From positions 161,108 to 225,107 of the forward strand of contig CAYNRJ010000002.1 of the NCBI GenBank assembly GCA_964399865.1: a stretch of DNA of 64,000 bases. Direction: 5' to 3'. Of this stretch, positions 18,997 through 29,685 are shown in pieces. A model generated the notes under the pieces. It saw only the letters and a list, made by a program, of their open reading frames with translations, was not told where the DNA came from and did no database searches. The stretch's first letter is position 1; the number at the start of each line of letters is the position of its first letter. A program made the translations under genes and the position numbers. This DNA is from an uncultured Candidatus Saccharibacteria bacterium (GTDB lineage Bacteria > Patescibacteriota > Minisyncoccia > Phycocordibacterales > UBA2100).

Positions 18997-19080
18997 CACC
19001 GCCTCCATATTTATTTGGAGCATTCCGAAGCTCCCCAAATCGATGCTATACCTCTCCTTTGACTTTGTTAAGAGAGGGTT

Positions 19081-19416
19081 CTAGATAACCGTTGTTCGGT
19101 CAGTTGTAACGGTCGTTGTTGTCGCAACAGGGGTGGGTGTTTGTGCTGCGGCGATACGATGCTTTGCGAACTCGTCTTCTACTTGGCGTTTTTCGCGCTT
19201 GAGGTTCGAAAGATACATTTGGTCACGAATGACGCTTGGAAGAAGAATAAGAAGCGTCACAAGAGCGCCACAAAGAATGGAGCCGATGAGAACGAGGGCG
19301 AGGGAAGCGGTGATTTCCCATTGTAGAAAATTCACCGTCACAGTAGTTACGTTTTGAAGGGCAAATATGACTGACAGTCCGCCAACAATAACTCCCAGTA
19401 TCAAGGAAAATATCAT
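19081..19416 (-). CDS. LapA/DUF1049-like membrane protein
   Basis: FALQN...V.V.F..W motif, two TM plus coiled tail. Confidence 0.8.
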   Translation of the reverse strand: MIFSLILGVIVGGLSVIFALQNVTTVTVNFLQWEITASLALVLIGSILCGALVTLLILLPSVIRDQMYLSNLKREKRQVEDEFAKHRIAAAQTPTPVATTTTVTTDRTTVI

Positions 19417-19601
19417 AAAAATATTCGGATGAGCTTTTAATGGTCAGCATTCATGAAGACGTTCCGGGACACGCGCCCCTTACCATTCTTCATGTCATAT
19501 GTGCATCAAAGCACGGAGCGTATGAACTTCAGATGAATTTTATTTTAAAAAACGAACGGTCGGGGAGCCGAAGCACCCCGACCGCATCGCCTGCGTGTCA
19601 G

Positions 19602-19784
19602 CTAGGTCCGAAAGTCACGGAGGACGTATCCCTCCGCCGTGCCGACCGTCGGCGGCCTTTCGCTCGGAGGCATCGTGAAGATGCTCCTCGAACTCTGCTC
19701 GTTCTCCCTCGGCTTGCCGTGGAGCGAAGGCCTCCCATGGTGATCGTCAGGATTTCCACCCTGGCGATCGCTGTTCTTACGCAT
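19602..19784 (-). CDS. Small hypothetical protein (60 aa)
   Basis: AAGGGAG SD, ATG 19784, GC hairpin ~19558-19583 downstream. Confidence 0.35.
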   Translation of the reverse strand: MRKNSDRQGGNPDDHHGRPSLHGKPRENEQSSRSIFTMPPSERPPTVGTAEGYVLRDFRT

Positions 19785-19887
19785 AGGCGTTTCTCCCTTG
19801 TTCACGACCACACCTAATTTGCGGTCGCGTGTCAATGGTACACCTTCACACTAAAATTGGCCAGGTCGTCTTTGGTATACTCCGCGC

Positions 19888-20730
19888 ATGACGAATGCTC
19901 ATCCAAAAGGTAAATATCCGATCACGCACTGGAGTCATTCCTCTCTGATGTCGTTCCTCCGTAACCCTCTCGCATGGTACAAGCGCTATGTTGAAGGTAT
20001 ATATGACACGCCCTCATCTCCCGCTGGAATTATTGGCCGTGCAGGCCATGTGGCACTCCAACATTTCTATGGTGGTATCGCGAAGGATGGAGCAGTAGAG
20101 CTTGGCCTCGAGTATCTTAGAAGCGTCCCGGATTTTGAGATAAATTTTGGCGTTGCAAAGACAAAGCGCGACAAAAAGAAGAAGCGTCTCTCTATGGAGC
20201 GCGATTACTTGCAGGCAGTATCTTTTTATCTTGAGAAGCCGCCTAAGTACGATGTCCTCGGGATTGAAGTGAAAGCGATGGCAAAAGTGGAAGGGTTACC
20301 GATTCCCATCAAGGCAGTGTCGGATCTCGTGGTGCGTTCAAAAATAGATCCGAAAGCACTCGATGTTGTAGACCACAAATTCGTGGATTCTTTTAGCTCT
20401 CTCAGGGGGCAAAAAACGCTCTTCGTTATTCAAGCGCTTTTTAATTACTACACTGTAAGAGAGAAATATGGAAAGGAAGTGCGCCGATTCATTCTCCATG
20501 AATGCAAAAAACGCAGGAACGCCGACGGTAGCGCACAGATGAGGAGATACGTCATCAACTTTGATGAGAGCAGTGAAGATATTGCTGTTTTTCACCGACT
20601 TCTGAAGGATGCAACCGCCGAAATTACTCGGAAGAGGTTATACCTTCCGAATCCTTCAGATATGTTCGAAGGAGAGAATTCCTTTGATATCTATCGTCTG
20701 GGTCTCATCGAAGACGAGTCTGGCAATTGA
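19888..20730 (+). CDS. PD-(D/E)XK nuclease family protein (RecB/Cas4-like fold)
   Basis: WSHSSL start, G-x-x-x-H, E...D...VVDHK motif. Confidence 0.75.
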   Translation: MTNAHPKGKYPITHWSHSSLMSFLRNPLAWYKRYVEGIYDTPSSPAGIIGRAGHVALQHFYGGIAKDGAVELGLEYLRSVPDFEINFGVAKTKRDKKKKRLSMERDYLQAVSFYLEKPPKYDVLGIEVKAMAKVEGLPIPIKAVSDLVVRSKIDPKALDVVDHKFVDSFSSLRGQKTLFVIQALFNYYTVREKYGKEVRRFILHECKKRRNADGSAQMRRYVINFDESSEDIAVFHRLLKDATAEITRKRLYLPNPSDMFEGENSFDIYRLGLIEDESGN

Positions 20731-20733
20731 TTT

Positions 20734-21507
20734 TTAGAGGGCAGCGTCGATCAAGTTCTTAACCGTATTGTACTGCTGCGCGCCCTGAATTGCCGTCTGG
20801 TTCTTGCCGACAATCATGATGGAATGCGGCGTACCATTGCCTCCCGCATCGAATGCTTCGTTCAAATCGGTTTCAACTTTGCTGGCGTATTTACTTGTCG
20901 CAAGACACTCCTCAAATTGAGCGACGTCTAGCCCAAGTTCCGATGCGATGTCTGACAACTGGCCAGCGTCTGTCGTACTGCGTGGTGTTTTTTCGGCATA
21001 GTACGGCTTACCGTCAGCACCCGTAGGGACTGGGGATGGCGTGTTGTATACGCCGATGTCGAGGGAGTTGTTTGACTTGGTTGCTGCGTACACCATGTCA
21101 GTGTACTCCCAGAAGATGTCATTTCCGCCCTGTTCTGCGGCGCACTCAAGCGCTTCAGCTTCTTTTGGCGCTTTCGGATGGAGCTGAGCGAGTGGGAAAT
21201 GACGGTAGACCCACGCAACCTCGTTCGGGCTGTACTCGCTCACAATCTGCTGCAGGGTCTGATGGAAGCTCTTACAGAAAGGGCATTCAGTGTCGGAGTA
21301 CTCAACGATGACAACTTTTGCATCCTTGTCTCCGCGAATATGATCGTCGTTTTGCACAGTGCGGACTTTTTTCACCACCTCACTTCCATTTGATGTTCCT
21401 GGGGCCGCTGGTCCACCCGCATTTGAGAAATACACAGCGCCTGCGATAAGAGCACCGGCGATTACTATTGCCATTGGAATGCCCATTGAAGATCGTGATG
21501 AGTCCAT
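20734..21507 (-). CDS. DsbA family thioredoxin-fold protein
   Basis: EYSDTECPFCK, RHFPL, GTP; N-terminal anchor. Confidence 0.9.
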   Translation of the reverse strand: MDSSRSSMGIPMAIVIAGALIAGAVYFSNAGGPAAPGTSNGSEVVKKVRTVQNDDHIRGDKDAKVVIVEYSDTECPFCKSFHQTLQQIVSEYSPNEVAWVYRHFPLAQLHPKAPKEAEALECAAEQGGNDIFWEYTDMVYAATKSNNSLDIGVYNTPSPVPTGADGKPYYAEKTPRSTTDAGQLSDIASELGLDVAQFEECLATSKYASKVETDLNEAFDAGGNGTPHSIMIVGKNQTAIQGAQQYNTVKNLIDAAL

Positions 21508-21579
21508 ACTGTAAGAATTAATTCTAAATGTATGGCGAGTATACCATAACGAAAAAAGCGGCTCTTAGCCGCTTTAAAA

Positions 21580-22080
21580 TTACCTGCTACGAACCTTAAG
21601 TTTCGTCTGTTTTTTCTTGTTTATCTTAGGAAGCCGGATCATGAGGATGCCGTGCTTCTCGCTAGCCTCCGCCATATCTACGTCTACCTCTTCGGGAAGG
21701 AGAATGGTACGTGAAAATGACCCCCAATAGAGCTCGCGCTGGAAATAATGCTCCTCTTGAACCTCTCTCTCATCTTCTCGTTGGCCACTTATAGTCAACA
21801 TCTCCCTTGTGAGAGAAATATCTATAGAAGTAGGGTGTACGCCGGCAACGAGTGCCTTTACTACGATCGCGTCAGGGGTTTGATATACGTCTACCGCAAG
21901 TTCTCCCGCAGGTTCATCGCTCACTGGAGCTGCGTGCTCTTCGCGTCGAATGATATGTGCATGACGTTCTTCTCCTTCTCCCTCAAATACGGCTCTCGCA
22001 GACTTTGGTTCATCAAAATAGTCGTCGTATTTCTCATCAGTGCCGATGAGTCGTGAGAAAAAAGATGGTTTCTTTTGCAT
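21580..22080 (-). CDS. Hsp20/alpha-crystallin small heat-shock protein
   Basis: VDVYQT, E..WGSFSR.I.LP, GIL.IRLPK. Confidence 0.92.
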   Translation of the reverse strand: MQKKPSFFSRLIGTDEKYDDYFDEPKSARAVFEGEGEERHAHIIRREEHAAPVSDEPAGELAVDVYQTPDAIVVKALVAGVHPTSIDISLTREMLTISGQREDEREVQEEHYFQRELYWGSFSRTILLPEEVDVDMAEASEKHGILMIRLPKINKKKQTKLKVRSR

Positions 22081-22086
22081 AGTGAA

Positions 22087-22788
22087 TTAAAAATGTCTCT
22101 TTACCAGCGGATGGATTCGCTTAATGTATTCTAGCACGGCCAGAAGCACGATAAGTCCGATCCACACACATCCGAACGTCCAAAGTAGGCGTTCTTCTGC
22201 GGTATTCAGTATAAGAAAGTTGAAAGCGCTATGCAAAACACCGGCGAGGATAACTCCGGCGAACGTGAAGAGCCTTCGTTTCCGTTTAGATTTATAAAAT
22301 GCGAGTCCGATAGCAACGCCGATGACTGCTGAAGAGAGAACATGAAGAAGCATTGCTCCGACGAATCGCAGATTTCCAGTCATAAGGGTCTGCGTGAAGG
22401 TTTCTCCGGAAAGTGGTGAGAGTAAAAAGAGCGCATTCTCTGCCGCCGCAAAGCCGAGAGCAACTGTCACCATATAAATGACAGGGTCTATGGGTTCGTC
22501 ATCTTCGCGGCGGCCGAGGACCGTGATTCTGGCCGCAAAATACTTCAATATTTCTTCAATAAACGACCATACCGTAAAGACGATCGTCGTACTTACAAGG
22601 AATCCTGCCGCAAACTGTTGAATGGGAATGGTAACTCCTACCGTCACCATGCCTGCGAGAAATGCGAACGCAAGAAGTCGCTTCGGCTCGGGGTGTTTTC
22701 TATCTTCACGCAGCCAAAACCATAGCCACGCGAGAGCAGGGAACACGCCGCCCGCGGTCGCCCAAAGGATTGCTGGAAATTCCCCCAT
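22087..22788 (-). CDS. PrsW family intramembrane metalloprotease
   Basis: EEILK, GFAAAEN, two conserved His motifs. Confidence 0.9.
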   Translation of the reverse strand: MGEFPAILWATAGGVFPALAWLWFWLREDRKHPEPKRLLAFAFLAGMVTVGVTIPIQQFAAGFLVSTTIVFTVWSFIEEILKYFAARITVLGRREDDEPIDPVIYMVTVALGFAAAENALFLLSPLSGETFTQTLMTGNLRFVGAMLLHVLSSAVIGVAIGLAFYKSKRKRRLFTFAGVILAGVLHSAFNFLILNTAEERLLWTFGCVWIGLIVLLAVLEYIKRIHPLVKRHF

Positions 22789-22839
22789 TCCCGCTATTGT
22801 CGCACATCTCTAGCGTCTACGACGCGCTCCTTGTGTACT

Positions 22840-25014
22840 TCAGTTTGCAGGCCACTTAGCAACCATGATGAGGTCAGCATCTTTCCACGGTAGTTCTTTC
22901 CAAATTGCTTCTGTCACGAACGGCATGAATGGGTGGAGTAGTCGAAGAGACATATCGAGAATCTCTGTGAGAGCACGTTTGCGGGATTCAGCCGCTTCAC
23001 CGCCATCTTTAATGATCGGTTTAGACTCCTCAAGAATTTCATCGGCAAATCGGTGCCAGAGGTAGTGATAGATCTTATCTCCAGCGAGATCCAATCGAAA
23101 TGCATCAATATTATCCGATACCTCTTTCGCCACGGCTCGCGCCTCATCCAAGAGCTTCTCGTCGGGCGCAGTGAGGTGGGACCTCACTGCAAGGTCCATG
23201 TCGGCGGTGCTTTCGAGGACGAAGCGGGTAATGTTCCAGACTTTATTCGCAAAATGTTTGTACCCGCGCACTTTATCCTCCGACAATTTCACGTCATTTC
23301 CAGGTGCTGCGCCGATGATAAGGGAGAGGCGAGTGGCGTCTGCTCCGTATTTTTCGATCATGTCCAAGGGGTCAATGATGTTACCGAGAGACTTCGACAT
23401 TTTTCTTCCTTGCCCATCGCGCACGAGGCCATGAAGGTATACCTGCTTGAACGGCACTTCACCGACCAGGAAACCACTCATGAGGATCATGCGTGCAACC
23501 CAGAAGAAAAGAATGTCGTACCCAGTCTCGAGCACGCTCGTCGGGTGATACGTTTTCAAATCAGCGGTCTTTTCCGGCCAGCCAAGCGTGGAGAATGTCC
23601 AAAGTCCGGATGAAAACCAAGTGTCGAGTACGTCTGGGTCTTGCTCCCATCCTGCGCCCGGCGAAGTAACGCCCACTTTAATTTCATCACCTTTATACCA
23701 AACAGGAATTCGGTGTCCGAACCAAATCTGACGCGAGATGCACCAATCGCGAAGATTATCGATCCAGTGGTAGTAGATCTTCTCGAATCTTTCTGGATTT
23801 ATTTTTGTTGCGCCACTTTCAACGGCTTCTCGCATCGCCTCCTTTAGAGTCCGCTCTTTTCCGTCAGGAAATTTTGCCTTTTTGTTCACCATCACAAACC
23901 ACTGCTTCTTTATCTGCGGTTCAATGAGTCCGCCACCGCGGCTATTTGTTGCGACGTTGTGGACATACTTTTCATCCACTTTCACGATAAGTCCCTTCGC
24001 TTTTAGTTTTTCGACGATAAGAGGGCGTGCCTTTTTGATGTGCTGACCCGCAAGTTCGCCTGCGATAGGAAGGAGAATGCCGCGTTCATCTATGACTGGC
24101 TCAATATCAAGTTTGTGTCTCTGTGCTATCTCAAAGTCGACGACTGAGTGTGCCGGAGTTATCGTCATGACGCCAGAGCCCACCTCCATATCCGCAGCCT
24201 CGTCTTTAATGACGGTTGCCTTGATCGGGCCGTTGATCCACTCAAGATCTATCTGCTGTCTGTGTTTGTACTCCGCGTATCGTTTGTCGTCCGGATGCAT
24301 CACGACGTACTTGTCACCGAATTTTGTTTCTGGACGCACCGTACCGATCACGAACGGACCATACTGAAAGTAGTAGAAGGGATCTGTCTGTTCAACATAT
24401 TCCATTTCATCGTCCGAAACTGTCGTCTGTAATTTTGGATCCCAATTTACGATTCGGTTACCGCGTTCAATTAGGCCTGCATCATACATGCGGATGAATG
24501 CTTCCATGACCGCCTTGTAACGCATCTCATCCATCGTGTAAGCGTATCGGCTCCAATCGAGAGAAGAGCCCATCTTTTTGGTTTGATTGATGATCGTCGC
24601 TTTTGATTCGTCTGTGAACGCGTCGATTCGTTTCAATAATTCCTCGCGACCGATATCATGTCGTGTTTTCTTTTCCTTCTTATACATTTCTGCCTCCACT
24701 TTTGCTTGCGTCGCAATCGCGGCCGAGTCTGTGCCAGGAATCCAAAGCGTCTTGTATCCGCGCATGCGGTGATAGCGAATGAGGATATCTTCAATCGCAA
24801 GCATTGCGGCGTGTCCCATGTGAAGCGTTCCGGTGACGTTCGGTGGTGGAAGTACTATTGAATACGGCTCGGCGTCTGCTTTTGTCACCCCCTTCTCAAC
24901 GCAGGTATCAGGATTCGTGTAGCCACTCCTCTCCCATGCCTCGAGCATCTCCGGTTCGCGGCTCTTGGGGTCGTATGGCTTAAGGAATATTTCTGGCGCC
25001 TTAAAAGGTTCCAT
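22840..25014 (-). CDS. valS: Valine--tRNA ligase (no C-terminal coiled coil)
   Basis: PPPNVTGTLHMGH, DWCISRQIWFGH, KMSKS; start at 25014. Confidence 0.97.
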   Translation of the reverse strand: MEPFKAPEIFLKPYDPKSREPEMLEAWERSGYTNPDTCVEKGVTKADAEPYSIVLPPPNVTGTLHMGHAAMLAIEDILIRYHRMRGYKTLWIPGTDSAAIATQAKVEAEMYKKEKKTRHDIGREELLKRIDAFTDESKATIINQTKKMGSSLDWSRYAYTMDEMRYKAVMEAFIRMYDAGLIERGNRIVNWDPKLQTTVSDDEMEYVEQTDPFYYFQYGPFVIGTVRPETKFGDKYVVMHPDDKRYAEYKHRQQIDLEWINGPIKATVIKDEAADMEVGSGVMTITPAHSVVDFEIAQRHKLDIEPVIDERGILLPIAGELAGQHIKKARPLIVEKLKAKGLIVKVDEKYVHNVATNSRGGGLIEPQIKKQWFVMVNKKAKFPDGKERTLKEAMREAVESGATKINPERFEKIYYHWIDNLRDWCISRQIWFGHRIPVWYKGDEIKVGVTSPGAGWEQDPDVLDTWFSSGLWTFSTLGWPEKTADLKTYHPTSVLETGYDILFFWVARMILMSGFLVGEVPFKQVYLHGLVRDGQGRKMSKSLGNIIDPLDMIEKYGADATRLSLIIGAAPGNDVKLSEDKVRGYKHFANKVWNITRFVLESTADMDLAVRSHLTAPDEKLLDEARAVAKEVSDNIDAFRLDLAGDKIYHYLWHRFADEILEESKPIIKDGGEAAESRKRALTEILDMSLRLLHPFMPFVTEAIWKELPWKDADLIMVAKWPAN

Positions 25015-25070
25015 ATCGCGCCATCGTATCAGGGTTTCGTGCCTTGAAAAAGCTGCGATATAGTTCTCGT

Positions 25071-25400
25071 ATGGATGGAATTCCAAGTGGGCGGAAAGCA
25101 TCTCTAGAATGGGATCAAAGAGGCGATGCGGTAGCGTATGAGGAGGTACCGGAAGAAGTGAGAGAGCTATGCATGGACGTATTGATGAAACAACCTTCTG
25201 TCTATACTCCTTTGCGTTTTAGAAAAGTCGACTACGGTAATGAAGTGGTTGAATACATCGGAATTTTCGAACCGGACGGAGCAGATATTATTCCTCCGAA
25301 TTCTCATGACCAAAATACGCTTGTCGTGAGTGTCCGGGTTGAAAAGGGGAAGGTGGAAAGTGCAAGAATTCGGAGCAGGCCTCTGTGGTACAGAGAATAG
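25071..25400 (+). CDS. Hypothetical protein
   Basis: ORF divergent from valS with -10-like TATAGT just upstream. Confidence 0.55.
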   Translation: MDGIPSGRKASLEWDQRGDAVAYEEVPEEVRELCMDVLMKQPSVYTPLRFRKVDYGNEVVEYIGIFEPDGADIIPPNSHDQNTLVVSVRVEKGKVESARIRSRPLWYRE

Positions 25401-25428
25401 CGAATGCGATGCATGGTAAAATGAGAGC

Positions 25429-26433
25429 ATGTCGATGGAAGACGGACCGGGCGGTAAACCGGATTCGAGATTGCGCATTAAACACCGTGAACCCGCAAAA
25501 CAACCTGAAGAACCTCGGTTGCGCATTAGCCCGAGTTTTTATAAGCAACCCGCACTTCCTAAACCGGAGCCACGATTACTCATCAAATACCACCCAAGAT
25601 CTGCCGAAAATAAAGAATCAGGTGACGAAGAATCTCCGCTTTTAACAAGAGATATTGAATTCGGCGATTTCGGCGCGGGGATCGGAGACTTGAATACAGA
25701 TGGATTCGAAGCGCGACTCAGCGGATTTAACGATCCGGAGCAGGACGCTTTCGCAATAAGCGCGGATAGGAAAGTGTTTGCCGTGGCAGATGGCCTTGGT
25801 GGCGCTGGCGCAGGATCGCCGGAAATAACGGCCGCGTGGTCCCGTGCAGTCGCAGAGGCCGTAGCTGCGCACGGGAATATCGCATCGCTCACCGATGAGA
25901 AAGTCTTTAATGAGTTTGCTGCAAATGTAAAAAAGGAATTGGAGCGCAAAGGTCTAAGTTTCGAGAGTAAGTCTCGCGTGCGCAGTAGAGTATCGGGGAC
26001 GAAAACTACCCTCTCTGCAGTCGAAAGAATCGGAAGGGAAGAATTCTCAGTATTCATCATGGGTGATTCACCTGTGTATGTGATCGATGCCAAGAATAAG
26101 CGCATTATTCGATCGTATGGAGAAGATTTCGCGAGCGGGGGCGGCGACTCTCCTATGAGAGAGAACGTGATTGGTATGAATCAGGATGGGAGCTTGATTC
26201 CGTTGAACGAGGAGAATCGCCACTCGATTATCAATGAGAAAATTACGGTCAAGCCGGGTGAATTGTTGGTTATAGGGTCTGATTACCTGAGTAAGAATGA
26301 AGGCATGTTAGGCGAGCACATCGGTCTAAGTCCGGAGGATTTTCATGCACTCGCAACCCGTAAGGACGGTCATGAAAAAGATGACGCGACAATGATCGTG
26401 ATTGATCCGGAGAAATTGGAGTGGAAAGAATAA
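25429..26433 (+). CDS. PP2C/PPM-type protein phosphatase domain protein
   Basis: EQDA, AVADGLGG, GDS, KDDAT metal-binding motifs. Confidence 0.8.
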   Translation: MSMEDGPGGKPDSRLRIKHREPAKQPEEPRLRISPSFYKQPALPKPEPRLLIKYHPRSAENKESGDEESPLLTRDIEFGDFGAGIGDLNTDGFEARLSGFNDPEQDAFAISADRKVFAVADGLGGAGAGSPEITAAWSRAVAEAVAAHGNIASLTDEKVFNEFAANVKKELERKGLSFESKSRVRSRVSGTKTTLSAVERIGREEFSVFIMGDSPVYVIDAKNKRIIRSYGEDFASGGGDSPMRENVIGMNQDGSLIPLNEENRHSIINEKITVKPGELLVIGSDYLSKNEGMLGEHIGLSPEDFHALATRKDGHEKDDATMIVIDPEKLEWKE

Positions 26434-26464
26434 GGTCGGCCATTTTCGTGCAATACTTTCGAGT

Positions 26465-26806
26465 ATGACCGAGCATCATTTGCATAAGCGCAAACGCATA
26501 TCGCGCGGGCTGGAGCCGTTTCCGGCCCGGACTCTGTGGCTGAGGCTTCTGGATCGCACAGTACTTTTTGTGGGTATCGCGGGACCCCTCATGACAATCC
26601 CACAGATAGTAAAAATATTTGCGTATCAGGACGCTGCTGGCGTTTCGGTCATATCTTGGGCGACATTTGCTGTCTTTGATATACCGTGGATCTTGTACGG
26701 ACTCTCTCACAACGATCGTCCGATTCTGATTACGTATACTCTATGGCTCATCATGAATAGTATCGTCGTTGTCGGCGCGCTGATGTACGGGAACGGTCTT
26801 TTGTAA
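26465..26806 (+). CDS. SemiSWEET/PQ-loop family transporter
   Basis: TIPQIVKI...AAGVS motif, 3 TM. Confidence 0.8.
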   Translation: MTEHHLHKRKRISRGLEPFPARTLWLRLLDRTVLFVGIAGPLMTIPQIVKIFAYQDAAGVSVISWATFAVFDIPWILYGLSHNDRPILITYTLWLIMNSIVVVGALMYGNGLL

Positions 26807-26807
26807 T

Positions 26808-28007
26808 TTATTCTCCAAGAACAAGAGATCCGTTTGCGCGGAGGGAATCGCGATCCGCAAATTCTTTTTTGAGAGCGTGGAAATAGCCGGCGAGCGCGAT
26901 CATAACGGCATTGTCGGTCGCAAATTGGGGAGGGGAGACGAGGACCTTTCCCTTTGCGGAATGCTCTAACATCTTTTTTGCAAACTCCGCTTTGATATGG
27001 GTGTTAGCAGACACGCCGCCGCCTAAAATTATTGTCTCGGCGCCGTACTCTTCCGCGGCTTTAGATGTCTTTCCTATTAGGACATCGGCGGCGGCGTCCT
27101 CAAACTCGCGTGCGATTTCCTTTTTCAAGTCATCCGAAACCGGTGTATTTTTTTCTACCATCCGAAGCACTGCCGTTTTTAATCCCGCGAACGAAAAATC
27201 ATAATCCGCGCTGTCCATCATCGGCCGCGGTAGGGTAATGCGATGAGATGTCATCTCATCGCTCTCCATTCCTGACTCTTGATTCTTGTTTCTTGCCTCC
27301 GCAGCCAATCGGCTGATATGCGGGCCGCCCGGGTATGGAAGTCCGATCATTCGAGCCACTTTATCGAACGCTTCACCCACAGCGTCGTCTCGTGTCTCGC
27401 CGATGATTTTGTAGTGCATCCACTCACGCATGAGGATAAGCTCGGTGTGTCCGCCGGAAATAAGTAGGGCGAGTGCGGGAAAACTCACATCGTGCATTTT
27501 TTGCTCCTCGGTGTGTTCCATCATGGATACGATGATATGGCCCTCCATATGATTCGTTGCGACAATAGGCACATTCCATGCAAGTGAAAGTGCCCGCGCA
27601 AAATTAACCCCGACCCAAAGAGCGGGCTCAAGTCCCGGACCGTACGTCACCGCGATAGCATCAATGTTTGGTTTTGCGTGCGTTTTGAGAAAAGGAATGA
27701 GGAGTGCACCGAGATCAATATTCTGCTCCAGAAGCGCATGTAATTCTTCTTCAGGTACGGAAACGTCTGCACTCTTCAGTTCTCCCGCTTCCTTCAGTGC
27801 GAGCTCAAGCATCGGAACACTATTCTTTTGGTGCTCACGCTTCGCAAGATTAGGGAATACACCCCCGTATTTTGCGTGCATGGCGGCTTGTGTTGCGAGC
27901 GCGTTCCCCAGCACTCGAGATTTGAAATTCGCACCAAAATCGCCCTCTGCCTCAATGAGGCAAACGGCGGTCTCATCACAAGAAGTTTCTATTCCGAGAA
28001 TTTTCAT
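26808..28007 (-). CDS. tsaD: t6A tRNA threonylcarbamoyltransferase TsaD
   Basis: GIETSCDET, GPGL, HMEGH, SGGHT, DDAVGEAFDK, TDNA. Confidence 0.97.
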   Translation of the reverse strand: MKILGIETSCDETAVCLIEAEGDFGANFKSRVLGNALATQAAMHAKYGGVFPNLAKREHQKNSVPMLELALKEAGELKSADVSVPEEELHALLEQNIDLGALLIPFLKTHAKPNIDAIAVTYGPGLEPALWVGVNFARALSLAWNVPIVATNHMEGHIIVSMMEHTEEQKMHDVSFPALALLISGGHTELILMREWMHYKIIGETRDDAVGEAFDKVARMIGLPYPGGPHISRLAAEARNKNQESGMESDEMTSHRITLPRPMMDSADYDFSFAGLKTAVLRMVEKNTPVSDDLKKEIAREFEDAAADVLIGKTSKAAEEYGAETIILGGGVSANTHIKAEFAKKMLEHSAKGKVLVSPPQFATDNAVMIALAGYFHALKKEFADRDSLRANGSLVLGE

Positions 28008-28017
28008 GTATCGGATA

Positions 28018-28350
28018 CTACGGCATCTCGTTAATGCCACTTACTTTTACACCTTTTTCTATTTCGCCCGCTTTCTTGAGCTGTTGAACAAAGTCGAGCA
28101 TTAGACGTGCAGTATCCTTGCCGATTCGTGATGTGTAGATCTTTTTATCTTTTTCGCTTATGAAGATTACTACACCTCGATGTTCGTCAGTGAACGAGTC
28201 GTTGACATACCTCATGTCTGACAGATCTTTAAATGCGAATACAACAAATGGAGTGTCGGGTAGGGTAAATGTATCTTCAAATACATCAGGCACCCAGGAA
28301 AGATTCTTTCTCTCTCTTTTTTTATTGAACCTTATTTTATCGAGAGCCAT
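28018..28350 (-). CDS. Hypothetical protein
   Basis: 110 aa ORF between tRNA-Val and tsaD, same strand. Confidence 0.55.
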   Translation of the reverse strand: MALDKIRFNKKRERKNLSWVPDVFEDTFTLPDTPFVVFAFKDLSDMRYVNDSFTDEHRGVVIFISEKDKKIYTSRIGKDTARLMLDFVQQLKKAGEIEKGVKVSGINEMP

Positions 28351-28380
28351 ATATACAGCCTACTAAGTAAGAAATATGAC

Positions 28381-28455
28381 TGGTGCGCGATGGGGGGATC
28401 GAACCCTCGGCCTACCCCACGTCAAGGGGTCGCTCTACCACTGAGCTAATCGCGC
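28381..28455 (-). tRNA. tRNA-Val(GAC)
   Basis: Acceptor GCGCGAT/ATCGCGC-A-CCA, anticodon arm ACCCC-TTGACGT-GGGGT, GTTCGA T-loop. Confidence 0.97.
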
Positions 28456-28564
28456 CCTACTCCGCTCCGGCATAAGCCGGAGCTACGAAGGGTAAGCATA
28501 CCAAGACGCGTTACTCACCCTTAGTGATTCGCAGAATAGCTTGTTTTTTCGTACTATTCAACCA

Positions 28565-29194
28565 ATGGAGACGATACGACTTTCGGAGGTGGGTCCTGAG
28601 GTTGCGGCGATAAAAGCAGCAGCCGTCCTACGTGCTGGAGGTGTCATCTTGTATCCGACCGACACTCTGTATGGGCTTGGGGCAGATGCGCTTTCTGATG
28701 AAGCTTTGCTCAAGGTACAAAAGATAAAAGGACGCGACGAGAAGAAGCCAGTGCATGCGATTGTCGCAGATATAGAAATGGCGGGAACGTACGGGGTTTT
28801 AAATGATGCAGGTCTCGCGCTTGCTCGCGCATTTTGGCCAGGTCCACTAACGCTTATCCTTAAAAAGAAGCCAGGTACCAGTACGGGCATTGCACGTGGG
28901 CTCGATACATTTGGTGTTCGTGTACCAAAAAACGATTTTTGTCTCGAGCTTGCACAGGAATTCGGGAAACCGTTCACGACGACGAGCGCCAACAAAAGTG
29001 GAGAGGAATCTAAGCTCTCGGTTCCTGAAATTGTTACGCAATTAGGAACGGCGTCAGAAAACATAGACCTCATTATTGATGCAGAGGAATTGCCTCCATC
29101 TCTACCCTCAACGATTGTTGATGTGCACTCCTCGAATTCCGTCATACTCCGAGAAGGAGCGATCTCATCCGAAACAATCAAGGATGTATCGTAG
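28565..29194 (+). CDS. tsaC: L-threonylcarbamoyladenylate synthase (TsaC/YrdC)
   Basis: PTDTLYGL, KGR, WPGPLT, TSAN. Confidence 0.95.
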   Translation: METIRLSEVGPEVAAIKAAAVLRAGGVILYPTDTLYGLGADALSDEALLKVQKIKGRDEKKPVHAIVADIEMAGTYGVLNDAGLALARAFWPGPLTLILKKKPGTSTGIARGLDTFGVRVPKNDFCLELAQEFGKPFTTTSANKSGEESKLSVPEIVTQLGTASENIDLIIDAEELPPSLPSTIVDVHSSNSVILREGAISSETIKDVS

Positions 29195-29277
29195 GTACAT
29201 ATTGTTTTTTCAAAACGAGTAGGCTATGGTCAGGGGAGAAGACAGCGAACGGGTTCGCATGTCATGAGGAGAACTCG

Positions 29278-29529
29278 ATGGCTTTCGTTGCAATTGATTG
29301 GCCCTCCAACCTGCAGACCCGCGCCGAGCGAGAAGCTCGATCAAAGGGGCTCTATGAGGCGGTTCAGGCGGATCTCGAAGCGTCCCATCCGGGGGAATAT
29401 GTCATATTCCACGCAGTGACCGGCGAACATCTGGTCGACGACAAGGCGGCGGCTCTCTACGGTAAAGCCGACGAGAAGTGGGGTAAGGACGCCCCCACCT
29501 TATGTATGAGGGTGCGTAGTCGCACCTAG
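29278..29529 (+). CDS. Small hypothetical protein
   Basis: GAGGAG SD; hairpin GGGGGTACA...TGCACCCCC downstream. Confidence 0.6.
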   Translation: MAFVAIDWPSNLQTRAEREARSKGLYEAVQADLEASHPGEYVIFHAVTGEHLVDDKAAALYGKADEKWGKDAPTLCMRVRSRT

Positions 29530-29685
29530 ATCTTCAGCGCAAGAGAACATGGGGGTACAGGCTTTCGCTTGCACCCCCTCTCTGTATCTACCCGAACAGT
29601 TTTTCGACGCACTTGTTATTGAGTGTCCCTCGTATTCTCCCCAAAAGGCGTTAGAATTGCGGCATATCATTTTATTACAGAACAC

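Noticed and set aside
19888-20730. Cas4 of a CRISPR system
   Set aside because: No Fe-S cysteine cluster and no other cas genes or array nearby
28464-28483. Hairpin GCTCCGGC-ataa-GCCGGAGC in the tRNA-Val leader as a novel element
   Set aside because: Single short palindrome with no second copy in the window
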